From assembly GCA_965644495.1 (NCBI GenBank), contig CBFFSA010000059.1, positions 1 to 49,198 of the forward strand: 49,198 bases of DNA, read 5' to 3'. The notes under the pieces were generated by a model. The model ran no database searches. It was not told where the DNA came from and saw nothing but the letters and a program-made list of their open reading frames with translations. Below, piece after piece: positions 1 through 10,661 of the stretch (the stretch's first letter is position 1; every line of letters begins with the position of its first letter). Position numbers and translations under genes: made by a program. The DNA comes from Perkinsela sp. CCAP 1560/9. Taxonomy: Eukaryota; Protista; Euglenozoa: Kinetoplastea.

Positions 1-1
1 C

Positions 2-1169
2 ATGCAGTACGCTGATATCGTGTATGCGAAATTTGAAGTCTATTTGATAGACAGTGAAATACCAATAGTTGTAGAAGTTCATGACGGTGAATTAGTCAAA
101 GAAGAGCGATATCATCCAGCCATTTATCAGTGGTTATGTCACCAACAATTGGCTGTCGTACAGCACTCTAACTCATCTAAGGTAAACCAAACAAAAAAAA
201 ATCAGCACCCTTTCACCCTGGCATGCGTTAAATTGTTTACCACATTATCAGCATCGTTACGATTATCTGCAGCAACACTTTCAAGAAAACAAGAATATTA
301 TTCGCCGGTGGTTCGAACCAATACAATCACAAAACCATTACCGCGCTGACAATGATAAGCCATTATATCACCTGAACTTATCGATGCTGGCTGATGACAT
401 TGCCGATGCATTGACAACAACCGGTGTGTTTTATAAATCAGCGACCACGTTAAAAGACAAATCCTGTTGTGTACAAGCCGGTTTTTACGTACCCAGAGGT
501 ACGGTTAAATGCCCAGTGTATGTGGGAGTTGCGATTAATGACGGCGAGCTTGATGCTATTATCAATTACCTGCTAACCCATCAAACACCAGCCATCCTAT
601 TATTGCCGTCACTAGACGGTGTATCTCAAAATGTACGGCAGGCAATTCACCGTAAGGGCAAGGCCATCATTGCATTAGAAAATTTGCAACAAGACGATAG
701 ACTTATTCATCCTCAAAAAGCAATCAACGCATTACAATCTATACCAGTAGAACAAAACAATCTTAAGACATTAGCACACTGTAATCTATTCCCCACCCCG
801 TCGGGTGCCAGTTGGCGTAACATGACAATCGAAGTGGTTAACAATACAAAAATACAGGTTACCTGTTGCTACAAGGGCAAACGTGTCACCAGAGCATATG
901 ATTATTCAGAGATAGGTATGATTGACAAACGCACTAAATTATCTGACCAGCAGTGGGATTTCTTATGTGGTTTTGCTGACGAACAAGGTTATTTCACCTG
1001 GGACAATCGACGTGCCGATCGCAAGCATAAAAAAACCAAGCAACGATTAACACAGATCCTCAAGCAACTCTTCGGTATTTATGACAGTGATCCATTTATT
1101 AATGAAAGAGATGAAAAAGGTCGCATATGCTATCGTACTGTCTTTACAATACGGTTTAAAGATGAGTAG
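2..1169 (+). pseudogene. Genomic-island hypothetical protein split by a +1 frameshift in an A9 run (193-201)
   Basis: The frame of ORF 384..1169 is open from 186. Removing one A from the run at 193-201 joins it to the N-terminal frame starting at 2. May be 5'-partial at the window edge. Could be a sequencing indel rather than a true pseudogene. Confidence 0.5.
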
Positions 1170-1347
1170 CAATGCTAGCACTGTTCATTATTGTCAGACA
1201 CTCCGTGTAAAGTTCATTGCTTGATGTAATAATAATTACTGTGTACACTGCCTTGCAATAATAGATGACAATATCATTGCTTCTTTAGCAGAAGCTTTAT
1301 GCCCTACTTTGATGACCACGGATGAATAATAGGCATGAAGGAGTAGA

Positions 1348-1545
1348 ATGCAATACGAAGCTAGCTTGGTTCACCATGGTGAGCCGTTATTAACACGTCA
1401 AAGCGCCGACCAGCAACAATTAGTAGCGTGGGTTTTGTCTCACTTAGAATGCCATGATTACAGTGATGCTGTGGGTGTCATTCGCAATCAACTCGATACC
1501 CATGCCCCCATACGGGTCTATACGTGCAATCCGCACTTTGGATAA
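1348..1545 (+). CDS. Small hypothetical protein
   Basis: 65-aa ORF preceded by a strong SD (AAGGAG). Confidence 0.55.
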   Translation: MQYEASLVHHGEPLLTRQSADQQQLVAWVLSHLECHDYSDAVGVIRNQLDTHAPIRVYTCNPHFG

Positions 1546-1550
1546 CCACC

Positions 1551-1823
1551 ATGTTAAAAACCCATACCGCTAAATTACCCATTGCGTTAACCAATGATGA
1601 AATTCATTTTATCATTGAGCTGTGTACTCATGAGTTAGATATTGATACGAAACTCAAGTTAGAGTTTGCACGCACTTGGAAAGATAACAGCGTTACTATT
1701 TCAATGACACCCGCAGAATTGCACGCTTTGGTTGAACTACTATTGCGAAAAGCAGAACATGCCAACGAGGATGTAAGAGACTGGGCAGAGGATATTGCTA
1801 CCTGGCTCACAGAGCAGACTTAG
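1551..1823 (+). CDS. Small hypothetical protein
   Basis: ATG 5 nt after the upstream stop; protein-like helical composition. Confidence 0.5.
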   Translation: MLKTHTAKLPIALTNDEIHFIIELCTHELDIDTKLKLEFARTWKDNSVTISMTPAELHALVELLLRKAEHANEDVRDWAEDIATWLTEQT

Positions 1824-1912
1824 TAAACAACGTGAGCTGATGATGCATTGATTATACGTATCGCTTAGGGCGTGTTAATCGTGGTAATGTGTATTTGTAT
1901 ACTGGCGTAATA

Positions 1913-2182
1913 CTACCTGTTTGCCCCAAAATAATACCCAATGATTAACGCTACTAATGGCAAAATACCCATCTTGATAATTTCAAACAACACTTGGATT
2001 TTAAAAATAACGCCACCGACAAGACACAACAAAAATGCCACGAATGTGAAAAACAAAATTTGCTTAGCAAACTTAAGGATATCCTGTTCAGTAACAGGGT
2101 ATTCTTTTGGATCGGGTATGTAATCTTCGCTGTAGTGCAGATTATTATCCCGTTGGGAACTCAATTCGGTATTCTTTTCCAT
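1913..2182 (-). CDS. Small two-TM membrane protein
   Basis: Two hydrophobic segments (ILFFTFVAFLLCLVGGVIF; GILPLVALIIGYYFG). Probable start MEKNT overlaps the end of the upstream ORF. Confidence 0.5.
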   Translation of the reverse strand: MEKNTELSSQRDNNLHYSEDYIPDPKEYPVTEQDILKFAKQILFFTFVAFLLCLVGGVIFKIQVLFEIIKMGILPLVALIIGYYFGANR

Positions 2183-2363
2183 CTTTATCGTGCACTCGCA
2201 ATTCCTTACCGGCTTTTTGATCATCCAGTAACTTTGAAAACAATGAAATTGCCCATCTAGCTGCTGTGGAATTATCCGGTAACAATAGACTTTCACGTAC
2301 ATTAGCCAATCGCTTTGCCGTTTCTTCATTCATCGTAAGATGCATGGATACTTTTTCACTCAT
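2145..2363 (-). CDS. Ribbon-helix-helix/CopG-like small DNA-binding protein
   Basis: SD GAGG; N-terminal beta-helix-helix pattern (VSMHLTMNEETAKRL...AARWAISL). Confidence 0.5.
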   Translation of the reverse strand: MSEKVSMHLTMNEETAKRLANVRESLLLPDNSTAARWAISLFSKLLDDQKAGKELRVHDKDGKEYRIEFPTG

Positions 2364-2480
2364 AAGTCGTTTACCTCATTTACTTCTCACGTATACGCAC
2401 CATCTACATGACAAGTATCTTATCTGTATAAGGTAAGTATATCAAATATACTCAGCTTATCAACTAGCTTAATGGCCATG

Positions 2481-2707
2481 CAGCAATTCCCGCTGGAAAT
2501 TAGAATAACTGTTTAATACTGTAAATAATCATGAAAAATAGTTTACGAAAAATATATTAACATCATGTATTTGTAGAAAATCAAAAAACTTGATCTTTCT
2601 TACAAGTACATATGGTTACATAAACACCCTCTGAAATTTTCGTAAACTTTTTTTAGCATTATCTTACAATTTTAATAAATTATGTCATTTTCCAGCGGGA
2701 ATAGCTG
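2481..2707. mobile_element. 227-bp bacterial MITE with 19-bp TIRs and 9-bp target-site duplication
   Basis: CAGCAATTCCCGCTGGAAA ... TTTCCAGCGGGAATAGCTG (1 mismatch), flanked by direct repeat ATGGCCATG at 2472-2480 and 2708-2716. AT-rich non-coding interior. Confidence 0.85.
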
Positions 2708-2849
2708 ATGGCCATGATTAAGAAAACTAAAAAAATCAGAGCCTTAGCAGATAAAAAGCATGGGGCGAGATTGAGCCACCTTTGGGACACCTAACAACCT
2801 TTATCAATGTGATTCTGGCAGCTACCTCACCCCATGAAACCTTCTTACT

Positions 2850-3224
2850 TCACTTTCCTTCATACAGCCTCTCTTTCCAGCCAAGTGATAAACGCAACCC
2901 CAATGCGCTGGTGATTTTGATCAGTATCAATAATCTCGGATTACGATGTTTAGCAAAAATGTCGTACAAATTGCGTCGGCTGATGCCTGTTAGCTTGGAC
3001 AGCTGGGTGATACCGTGGATGTCGGCAATTTCTTTTAACGCCAACAACAAGACCTGTGCCTCTTCTTTTTCTGACTTCAGTGTACAATCCGGTAGTGTCT
3101 CAAAGTTGTTGTTGGTTGCTAGCTTATCGAATTTCTTCCTACAAAAACAAGTTACAACTTAAGGTGATTGAGCGAGAACAACAACTTTGAGACACTACCT
3201 ACAATCCATCTGGTTATGACACAT
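2850..3224 (-). pseudogene. HTH addiction-module antidote (HI1420/HigA-like) gene interrupted by a MITE
   Basis: Motif LALKEIA..GITQLSKLTGISRRNLY...NPRL..LIKITSALGLRL. Removing the MITE plus one TSD restores MCHNQMDCTLKSEKEEAQVLLLALK, whose ATG overlaps the upstream TGA (TGATG). Confidence 0.75.
3091..3199. mobile_element. 109-bp MITE with perfect 23-bp TIRs and 8-bp TSD (IS1-family-like ends)
   Basis: GGTAGTGTCTCAAAGTTGTTGTT ... AACAACAACTTTGAGACACTACC; TACAATCC duplicated at 3083-3090 and 3200-3207. Confidence 0.9.
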
Positions 3225-3487
3225 CACACAATTCTCGTTTTCTTGTAATCAGGAATATCCTGCGGTGTTAAGTCATCACACAACCGAGACGCCTCTGCTA
3301 GCATATCCGTTAAGCCACATAACACATCAAATAACTCTTGTTCTTTCACGTCTTTAGACTTAACTGTAATGTTAGCCATGCTCTTCATTTGGCAAAGCTT
3401 GGCGCACAGTGCTTCATACGGGCTGCGATAATTATCATCACCGCTCTTTTCGGATTTGTTGGAATTTGGTAAAGTTGGCTTAGTCAT
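3224..3487 (-). CDS. Hypothetical protein (phage/island-type)
   Basis: Probable start MTKPTL with SD GGAGG; stop coupled to the downstream antitoxin-like ATG. Confidence 0.55.
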   Translation of the reverse strand: MTKPTLPNSNKSEKSGDDNYRSPYEALCAKLCQMKSMANITVKSKDVKEQELFDVLCGLTDMLAEASRLCDDLTPQDIPDYKKTRIV

Positions 3488-5437
3488 ACCGTTTAACCTC
3501 CAGTTAAATTTAAGGTTATGATTAGCCGCAGGAAGGTGGTCGTAACACGTTTCTGCGGTGCTTGTGTGGCAACGCCCACACGCTGTTTTCTTGCTTGGTA
3601 ACAACATGCCGATAACGCTGCCACATAGCGATACTTGCTCTGTGTGAGGGTAATAGCAACTTGGGAATGGCAATAAGAACGGGTATTGCCCCAAGGAGCG
3701 CTAACATTGCGCTGATGAGTGCATTGTGCTGCAAAATAAGGGCTATTACTGCCCTAATGAACTAGGACAACCATTCCAAATGCTTGTATTGAATAGCAAC
3801 AACAAATGCCAGTTAACTTGCCTGCAGTGCTACCAATCTACTTTGAAATGACGTGAAAAATAATTGGCGCAACAAAAACGTTATAGCGACTCTGTGTGCA
3901 ACAAACTCGATGTCAGTGCTACGTTGCCCTTAGTGCTCTTGAGTAAACGTAGCTAATGGCTTTTATGGAGATCTCAACAACATAAACAACACATGGCCTA
4001 CACTGCCTTATGAAAAACCTGCACAAAACCCCTAAAAAAACTTGATAAAACATCATCAAAAGAGCATAACGGTTGATGCCTAAAAATCACTGCTAACACA
4101 AGCCATTACCTCTGTATTTCTCTCTATTCCTGAGTCTGTAAACGTCCTTTATTAATTCTCTTAGCAAAATAACGCTTAACGCTTTGTTACTCATGGGCTT
4201 TTGCCTGTATTTCAAGTTTAGAGACACAACATATTATTTTAATAATAATAGTAATACTATTAAAAAATAATAATAAAAAAGAGTAAACGAAGTAAAACAA
4301 GTGATACTCGAAATGGTAATACGTGTAAAACGATTACAAGTGTATTGTAAGACAATGTTAGCCTAGAATACGTGATAAAAACGAATTAGACTACGATCGT
4401 GAATGATAGATGAGTTATCAGGGTTACTCGTGTTAGGTATATTATTTTCACAGGTGTAAAGAAATAAAAGTGCTAAAAATAATATTGCGCCGCGCCGCAC
4501 CTGCAAACACGCAGATTCGTGACAAGAATAAAAACCAATGCGTAATTGATTTTAAATGTCGCGTATAACGGCCATACAAGATCGCTGCGCGCATTTCTAC
4601 ACGCAAGGCATAGGGTATAGTGGCTCTTCAGGTTAAATCGTTGCTTAAATCGCTTTAATTTCACTTTGACGTTTAAATCATTTTTTCGTGCAAATGGAGT
4701 AAGCATTCACGCACACAAGCAATGCTATCGTACTCGCTTGACTCAGCACGTAATGGATCCACGCAAGAGCATGTGAGTGATCCACTTGCAACAGCGTGTA
4801 ACAAATCCACTTCGAGTACACGTTAAGCCATCGCGTTACCCACTTTGCTTTTGCGTTAACTGCATTTGCAAATCGCTAACACACCACCACTTCAGCAAGC
4901 CACCTTCAATGCATAAAATCCCTGTTCTTTTAGTGTCAATACTAGGTATAGACTTAATCCAAACTTGCTAAAAATACACTAAGATAATTTTTTATACACT
5001 GCTTTCGTTACAAAACAAACACGTTAGCGTGCAACATCTTTTTTGCAACAAAAACGCGAAATTGTGATAGACTTTTCGCTACAGTCAGACGTGATTTACA
5101 CAACAGCGAATGCAAGTAACATGACTGACGAGTAGCGTTAACACAACGACGGTTAATTAAAACAACCAGCATTGTGTTAACGACGTAACGGTTGTAAACG
5201 TGTTAAGCACTACGCATAGACTCAACACAAACGTTGACACTGTTTGCAGAAGGTAGCGTTAAGCACACTGTTCATCGTTACCAGCTTAAACGACGTTACC
5301 GTACAACAACTTTTTTGTAGTCACGGTAACAACACAGGATGGTAGAACAGCTTAACTGGGAGCTTCGAGACATAGAGAAACAGGAAACAGTCTAATACGA
5401 ATAGACGCTTAAACATTCTAGACAATCAAACACCTAT

Positions 5438-5851
5438 GGTTCCTTCCTGGGGCTAAAACGCATTCGGGCACACGCGGCGCAAAATTTCGCTAGCGTCAGA
5501 GCAAAAAAAAGGGTTCGCAGTTCGCACCCTCATCATACAAAAACCTAATAAAATCAAATGCTTAACTCACAAAATTCACCATAAATGCGCTAATCTGGGT
5601 TTGCACCAAATTATGTTTAACTCATTGAATTTTTAGGATTTTTTATGAAAAAATGGACTGCAAACCTAAAACGCAACCAAGTTTGCGCCTATTCTAGGTT
5701 AACCTATTGAATCTTAAAGAATATTTCTGAAAAAACCCCTGCAAACCCCTCAATCAACAGGGTTTGCACTCAATTTAGCTAACCCATTGAATTTACAGCT
5801 TTTTACCTAATTCTCAGTGCAACCCCCCATCTGACAGGGTTTGCACGTTCG
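5438..5851 (+). promoter_or_regulatory. Lambda-like cos packaging region (cosQ/cosN-like core plus repeated GGGTTTGCAC-type boxes)
   Basis: GGTTCCTTCCTGG...TTCGGGCACACGCGGCGCAAAATTTCGCTA resembles the lambda cosQ-cosN layout. About 8 copies of GGGTT(T/C)GCA or its complement TGCAAACC lie between 5511 and 5851, upstream of MTase and terS-like genes. Confidence 0.5.
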
Positions 5852-5900
5852 CTTGCACTTGGCCCCAGGGTTAGCGCTTCATTCAACTCACTTGGACAGG

Positions 5901-7151
5901 ATGGATTACATGGAATTGACGGTTCAACACACATCACTGAGAGAACTCATCCCTTACGCTCGTAATGCACGCACCCATAGCGATGCACAGGTGGCACAAA
6001 TCGCCGCCTCGATTGCGGAGTTTGGGTTTGTCAATCCGGTATTGATTGGTAGTGACAACATCATCATTGCAGGACATGGGCGTGTACTGGCAGCACAAAA
6101 GCTTGAGCTTGAAACAGTGCCGACCATTACCTTGGTTCACTTAAACGAAAATCAACGTCGTGCGTTAGTGATTGCCGATAACAAGCTGGCTGAAAATGCA
6201 GGCTGGGATGAGGAATTATTGCGGTTAGAGTTGCAAAGCTTAGTCGATGAGGATTTCAACATTGATTTGCTCGGCTTTGATGACGTTGATTTAGATGCGC
6301 TGTTAACTGACATGACTACCGATGAGGACAATGTCGTTGAAGAGAATATCCCTGAACCACAAGTTAATCCCGTCAGCCAACTCGGTGATGTTTGGGTATT
6401 AGGCCAGCATCGATTACTGTGTGGTGATGCCACCGAGGCGAGTGATCTCTATGCCTTGATGGGTGATGAACTAGCCGATATGGTGTTTACGGATCCCCCG
6501 TATAACGTCAATTACGATGATGTGGAAAAATACTCAGCTAAGCAATCTAATAAAACAAAACGCAAGATCCTAAACGATAATCTTGGGACGCAATTCGAGC
6601 GCTTCTTGTTTAAAGCCTGCAGTAATCTCATCACTTACGTTAAAGGGGCAGTGTACATTTGCATGAGCTCGAGTGAACTCGATACGCTAAAACGCACCTT
6701 TTGTGAAGCCGGTGGCAAGTGGTCGACTTTCATTATCTGGGCAAAGAATGCATTTACATTAGGCCGCTCTGATTATCAACGTCAATATGAACCGATTTTG
6801 TATGGCTGGCCGCAAGGTAATGATCATTATTGGTGCGGTGCACGCGATCAAGGCGATGTGTGGTTTTGTGATAAGCCGCGTAAGAACAATTTGCATCCAA
6901 CCATGAAGCCAGTGGAATTGGTGATCCGCGCAATTAAGAATTCCAGCAAAACCCATGACATTATTCTCGATCCGTTTGCAGGCTCTGGATCAACGCTGAT
7001 TGCAGCAGAACAAACGAGCAGACGTGCTCGGTTAATTGAACTTGATCCACGTTATGTTGATGTGATCATTCAACGCTGGCAAACACTAACGGGTCAACAA
7101 GCCTACCTTCAAGAGACAGAGCAATCTTATGATGCATTGCAAGCACAATAA
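5901..7151 (+). CDS. Phage-type ParB-N-terminal / N6-adenine DNA methyltransferase fusion
   Basis: ParB-like N-terminus (LIPYARNARTH...IIAGHGR...ADNKLAE); catalytic DPPY; HPTMKP; SAM-binding DPFAGSGST. Start at 5901 or 5910. Confidence 0.92.
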   Translation: MDYMELTVQHTSLRELIPYARNARTHSDAQVAQIAASIAEFGFVNPVLIGSDNIIIAGHGRVLAAQKLELETVPTITLVHLNENQRRALVIADNKLAENAGWDEELLRLELQSLVDEDFNIDLLGFDDVDLDALLTDMTTDEDNVVEENIPEPQVNPVSQLGDVWVLGQHRLLCGDATEASDLYALMGDELADMVFTDPPYNVNYDDVEKYSAKQSNKTKRKILNDNLGTQFERFLFKACSNLITYVKGAVYICMSSSELDTLKRTFCEAGGKWSTFIIWAKNAFTLGRSDYQRQYEPILYGWPQGNDHYWCGARDQGDVWFCDKPRKNNLHPTMKPVELVIRAIKNSSKTHDIILDPFAGSGSTLIAAEQTSRRARLIELDPRYVDVIIQRWQTLTGQQAYLQETEQSYDALQAQ

Positions 7152-7188
7152 ACTACCGTTATTCATTGACATTAAAGGAGATCGTACA

Positions 7189-7344
7189 ATGGGTGTTTCT
7201 ATTCGTGAATATGCTAGACAACGTGGGGTAAGCGATACGGCTGTTCGCAAAGCCATTAAACAAGGCCGCATTACCAAAGAACCCGATGGTAGCATTGATA
7301 TTAAACGTGCTGATAAACAATGGCGTGAAAATACAGCAGACTGA
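7189..7344 (+). pseudogene. Truncated phage terminase-small-subunit-like HTH protein (51 aa)
   Basis: SD AAGGAG; SIREYARQRGVSDTAVRKAIKQGRI...DGSID...ADKQW.ENT is the N-terminal HTH of a longer protein that usually follows this MTase in prophages. It stops at the transition to eukaryote-type DNA. Confidence 0.65.
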
Positions 7345-7366
7345 AAGATGTGCAACGATTAGTGAG

Positions 7367-7391
7367 TTGGGCTTTATTCAATAAAGCCCAA
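7367..7391. repeat. Perfect 12-bp palindrome at the left junction
   Basis: TTGGGCTTTATT-C-AATAAAGCCCAA. Confidence 0.8.
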
Positions 7392-7571
7392 TTCTTTGCC
7401 ATTACATTTTCGAATTTCAGTAGATTCATACACTGGGGGACACTGTGGGTACTAGGTTCGTCTGCTCAATTTTATGCCAAAAAGGTGAAATTTCTTAAAA
7501 AAAACTTGCAATTGACGTTTTTGATCCTCTTACCATTTTATGATACTGCTAATTACACGGGAAACGATATA

Positions 7572-9311
7572 CAGTGGTTTCAGTTGATCTTGCCCCCCCC
7601 TCGGAATTTTGATTTTTTTTATCCATTTTTGCTCATCTTTGCAGCATTGGACAGATCTCGTTCCCCTAGCGAAGAGCTTTGCCGCCTTTTTTTCATAGAG
7701 ACCCCCTGGTGCCCCTTGGGTGAGACCCGAAAGTTGACCAAAATAAAAAAAAATGATATTTTTTTACCATATCAAAAATGGAACGAAAAACGGATTTTAT
7801 GTCCAAAAGTTAACTCTAAAGGAAAAGAACTAGTATCCGGAATGGCCTCCATTGTTTTGCAACACTTTTTGAAGTCTATTAGGGACTGAATCAATTGTGT
7901 TGCACACTTTACGTTTTTCTTGAGGACGTTTTAGAATCTGAAAAGCTTTTTTAATGGCATCGGCGAGGGTAGCATGATTGTGGGGCTTAATTTTTTTCTT
8001 TATGATACCGTTCATTTGTTTCCAAACATTTTCTATTGGATTTAAATCTGGCGAATTCGCTGGCCAAGACAATTGTTTAATACGATATTTAATCAATTCA
8101 CCTTTTGCCAAGTTATGGGTGGTAGCATTATCCATTTGCACAGTCACATTGTCAACGTGGTCTTTGAGATAATGTAAAAACCCATTAGGCTTCTGAAAGG
8201 AGTCAAGGATCACTCCCCCAGTGACCTTGTGCGCGTTTTCATAAGTTGTATTGTCATTGGGTTCAAACACGTGCAAGAAAAATCCGTGTTCTACACTAAT
8301 ACCCATCCAAGCCATTACCCCCTTCCCCCCATACCACCTACGGTTTCTGCAGCGAGGTTTTCTTTGGCACCCTTTAGGTCCAATGAAAAACTGAGACCCA
8401 TGAACCCCACAGGTAAACAACTTTTCATCGGTCCAAATGATTTTGTTTAAATCTTCTTTAGGCCATGTAAGCAATTCGTTTGCTAATCTCAAACGCTGCG
8501 ACTTGTGTTCCTCAGTTAGGTCACAGTTCGGCGACTTAGCCCATCTACCGTAATCAATATTTTTCAAAATAGTTCTTATTTTGTTTAACGAACATTTATA
8601 CCCCATATTCAGCACTTGCTCGTGTATCAGTATAAGTTAAGCAACCATCGTACGTTTCGTTTTCATCATCCACAATTTTTTTTACAAGGTCCTTAAACCG
8701 CCTTGATGATTTTTTTCCTGGGGATTTTTGGGGTGTAAGATCTTCTCCTTCCTTCCACAGGTTAACGATTCTTCTTATGGTGCGACGGTCACGTCCGAAA
8801 TTATTAGATAATTCATGTATGCTTAATCCCTTTTTGTGTTGCTTTATTATTTCTTTTCTCTCGCAAAGAGGTAATACCACGGTTCCTTTGTGGGATATTG
8901 GGGGATTATCTTCTCTTTTGTCATTCCATCCTTGTACGTACTCCCCCTGTTTGGGGTTAGAGGGTCTAGTCTGCATAATGTAGAGGTGTTGACTCTATTA
9001 AATTAGGCGATAGGGATGGTACTAGACATAGAGCTTTCAAATTATCAATTTAGAACACTATTACTCGTACTTACATGTTCAAAATGTACAAAAAATCGGG
9101 AAAATGTGACAAAAAATGGTTGTGTACACAGAAAACGTCCAAAAAAACAGTGTTTTTCGGACCCAGGGGGCACCAGAGGGTCTCTATGAAAAAAAGGCGG
9201 CAAAGCTCTTCGCTAGGGGAACGAGATCTCTCCAATGCTGCAAAGATGAGCAAAAATGGATAAAAAAAATCAAAATTCCGAGGGAGGGGGCAAGATCAAC
9301 TGAAACCACTG
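7572..9311 (-). mobile_element. Full-length Tc1/mariner-superfamily DNA transposon (1740 bp, ~150-bp TIRs, TA TSD)
   Basis: TA|CAGTGGTTTCAGTTGATCTTG ... CAAGATCAACTGAAACCACTG|TA; TIRs ~7572-7721 and ~9161-9311; encloses a transposase. Confidence 0.95.
7830..8976 (-). pseudogene. Tc1-like transposase with one frameshift near 8630
   Basis: N-terminal HTH in 8596..8976. WTDEK, MDNATTH and SPDLNPIENVW motifs in 7830..8615, whose frame extends upstream as LIHEQVLNMGY. Confidence 0.9.
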
Positions 9312-9684
9312 TATATTCCACCAGAGGGCTATGTGAGAGCTCTCAAATGCGCTATTATTTTCCAAAATTGGCCGAGTATTAAAATTTTTAGACCTCCCCC
9401 AGATCGAGCTGATCCCCCTGTAGTTCATTTATTCTCTTTTCGCTCTTTGGTGCCCACACACCGCCCCCCTACGCCGGCCGGGCGGAGAACGTTTAGTTTG
9501 ACTCCAAAATATATCTTTTCCTTACTTGTTGATATATAACTGGATAACTAAATTTTACCCCTCCCCCATGCCCCCCGTTACCCCGAGAGGAAGAAGAAAA
9601 GAAGACCCCCCTTGTTTCGCACGCCCGCTTCGTCGCCCTCCTCGCCTGCCCTGTCTGCCACCCTCCTCGCCCGCCCTGTCTAGA

Positions 9685-9707
9685 ATCATCATCATCATCA
9701 TCATCAT
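9685..9707 (+). repeat. (ATC)7 microsatellite
   Basis: Seen directly. Confidence 0.9.
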
Positions 9708-9898
9708 GAAGAGTATTAATGTGAAATTCCAATTTTTACCCCTCTCCAGGTTCACTAGGTTCACATCCATAAGTAATTATGGTTATAATTATAAATTCAA
9801 AAGAATTATAATTTATACTTATAATTACTTATGGAGGGGGGAGTAAACGTTACCTGATCTCAAGGACCTGTCTACAGGTCCTACAAGGTCTAGGTGTA

Positions 9899-10661
9899 CA
9901 CCCCTGGGCAGCTTCACTTACCCCCCCCCTACAGGTCTTGCATTTTGTTCGATTTCGGAAATATTTGGTATGGGACTATTTTTCGCTCCGATCGTCTCGA
10001 ATCCGCGATCGTTTTCACTCGAGCGACCTTGATTTGCTCCGAGACCTTAAAATGTTTGTCCAAAAAGTCAATTTTTTTTTGCCCACCCTAGAAAAATCGA
10101 CTTTTTTTCTGTTTTTTCCTCAATGGTCAAACGATATCGGGCTTCTTTCCTCCCGAATCAGCGTATTTCACCAGAAAAGCGAACTTTCATCATAGCACGC
10201 TACAAGGAACTAAAATCCCTACGTGCTGTAGCTAATGAGCTCAAAATTTCCAGGAATGTTTTTTTTCTCCAGGAATTCGATGTTTTATCAGGAGTACATG
10301 TCGATAAATTAAGAAATCCATTTAAAGACTTCCGCAAACGACTTAAATTGGTGGTAGAAAAGAAAGGTTATCACATTGGTTATTGAATACGTATTCAGCG
10401 TCTTTTTTGCGTTCTCTAAGCATGATTTACATTTTTAAAAACATAAAAAAATATTTAAAAGCAAAAAAAAAATTCAAAAAAAAAGTGTACACCCTCAAAA
10501 ATTGTCTAGTCATTTTAGTAAAAAAATATTATTCCAATCATGAAAAGGACCACGGATTCGAGACGATCGGAGCGAAAAACAGTCCCATACCAAATATTTC
10601 CGAAATCGAACAAAATGCAAGACCTGTAGGGGGGGGGGGTAAATGAAGCTGCCCAGGGGTG
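9899..10661 (+). mobile_element. Non-autonomous Tc1-like element (763 bp, ~120-bp TIRs, TA TSD) retaining a transposase HTH fragment
   Basis: TA|CACCCCTGGGCAGCTTCA ... TGAAGCTGCCCAGGGGTG|TA; ORF 10123..10386 begins ISPEKRTFIIARYKELKSLRAVANELKISRN. Confidence 0.9.

Noticed and set aside
5901-7151. Restriction-modification or defence system
   Set aside because: No cognate endonuclease; the ParB-MTase next to cos/terS is a standard prophage module.
7350-7889. 179-aa ORF at the left junction
   Set aside because: It reads through the Tc1 TIR and low-complexity sequence; not a credible protein.
7572-9311. Bacterial IS630 element
   Set aside because: The ~150-bp TIRs starting CAGTG, the Tc1-type SPDLNPIE/WTDEK motifs, the lack of an SD and the surrounding DNA favour a eukaryotic Tc1-like element. 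A phylogeny would be decisive.
9493-9846. ORFs with poly-Asp, poly-Ile or poly-Met
   Set aside because: Translations of the (ATC)n microsatellite and C-rich low-complexity DNA.
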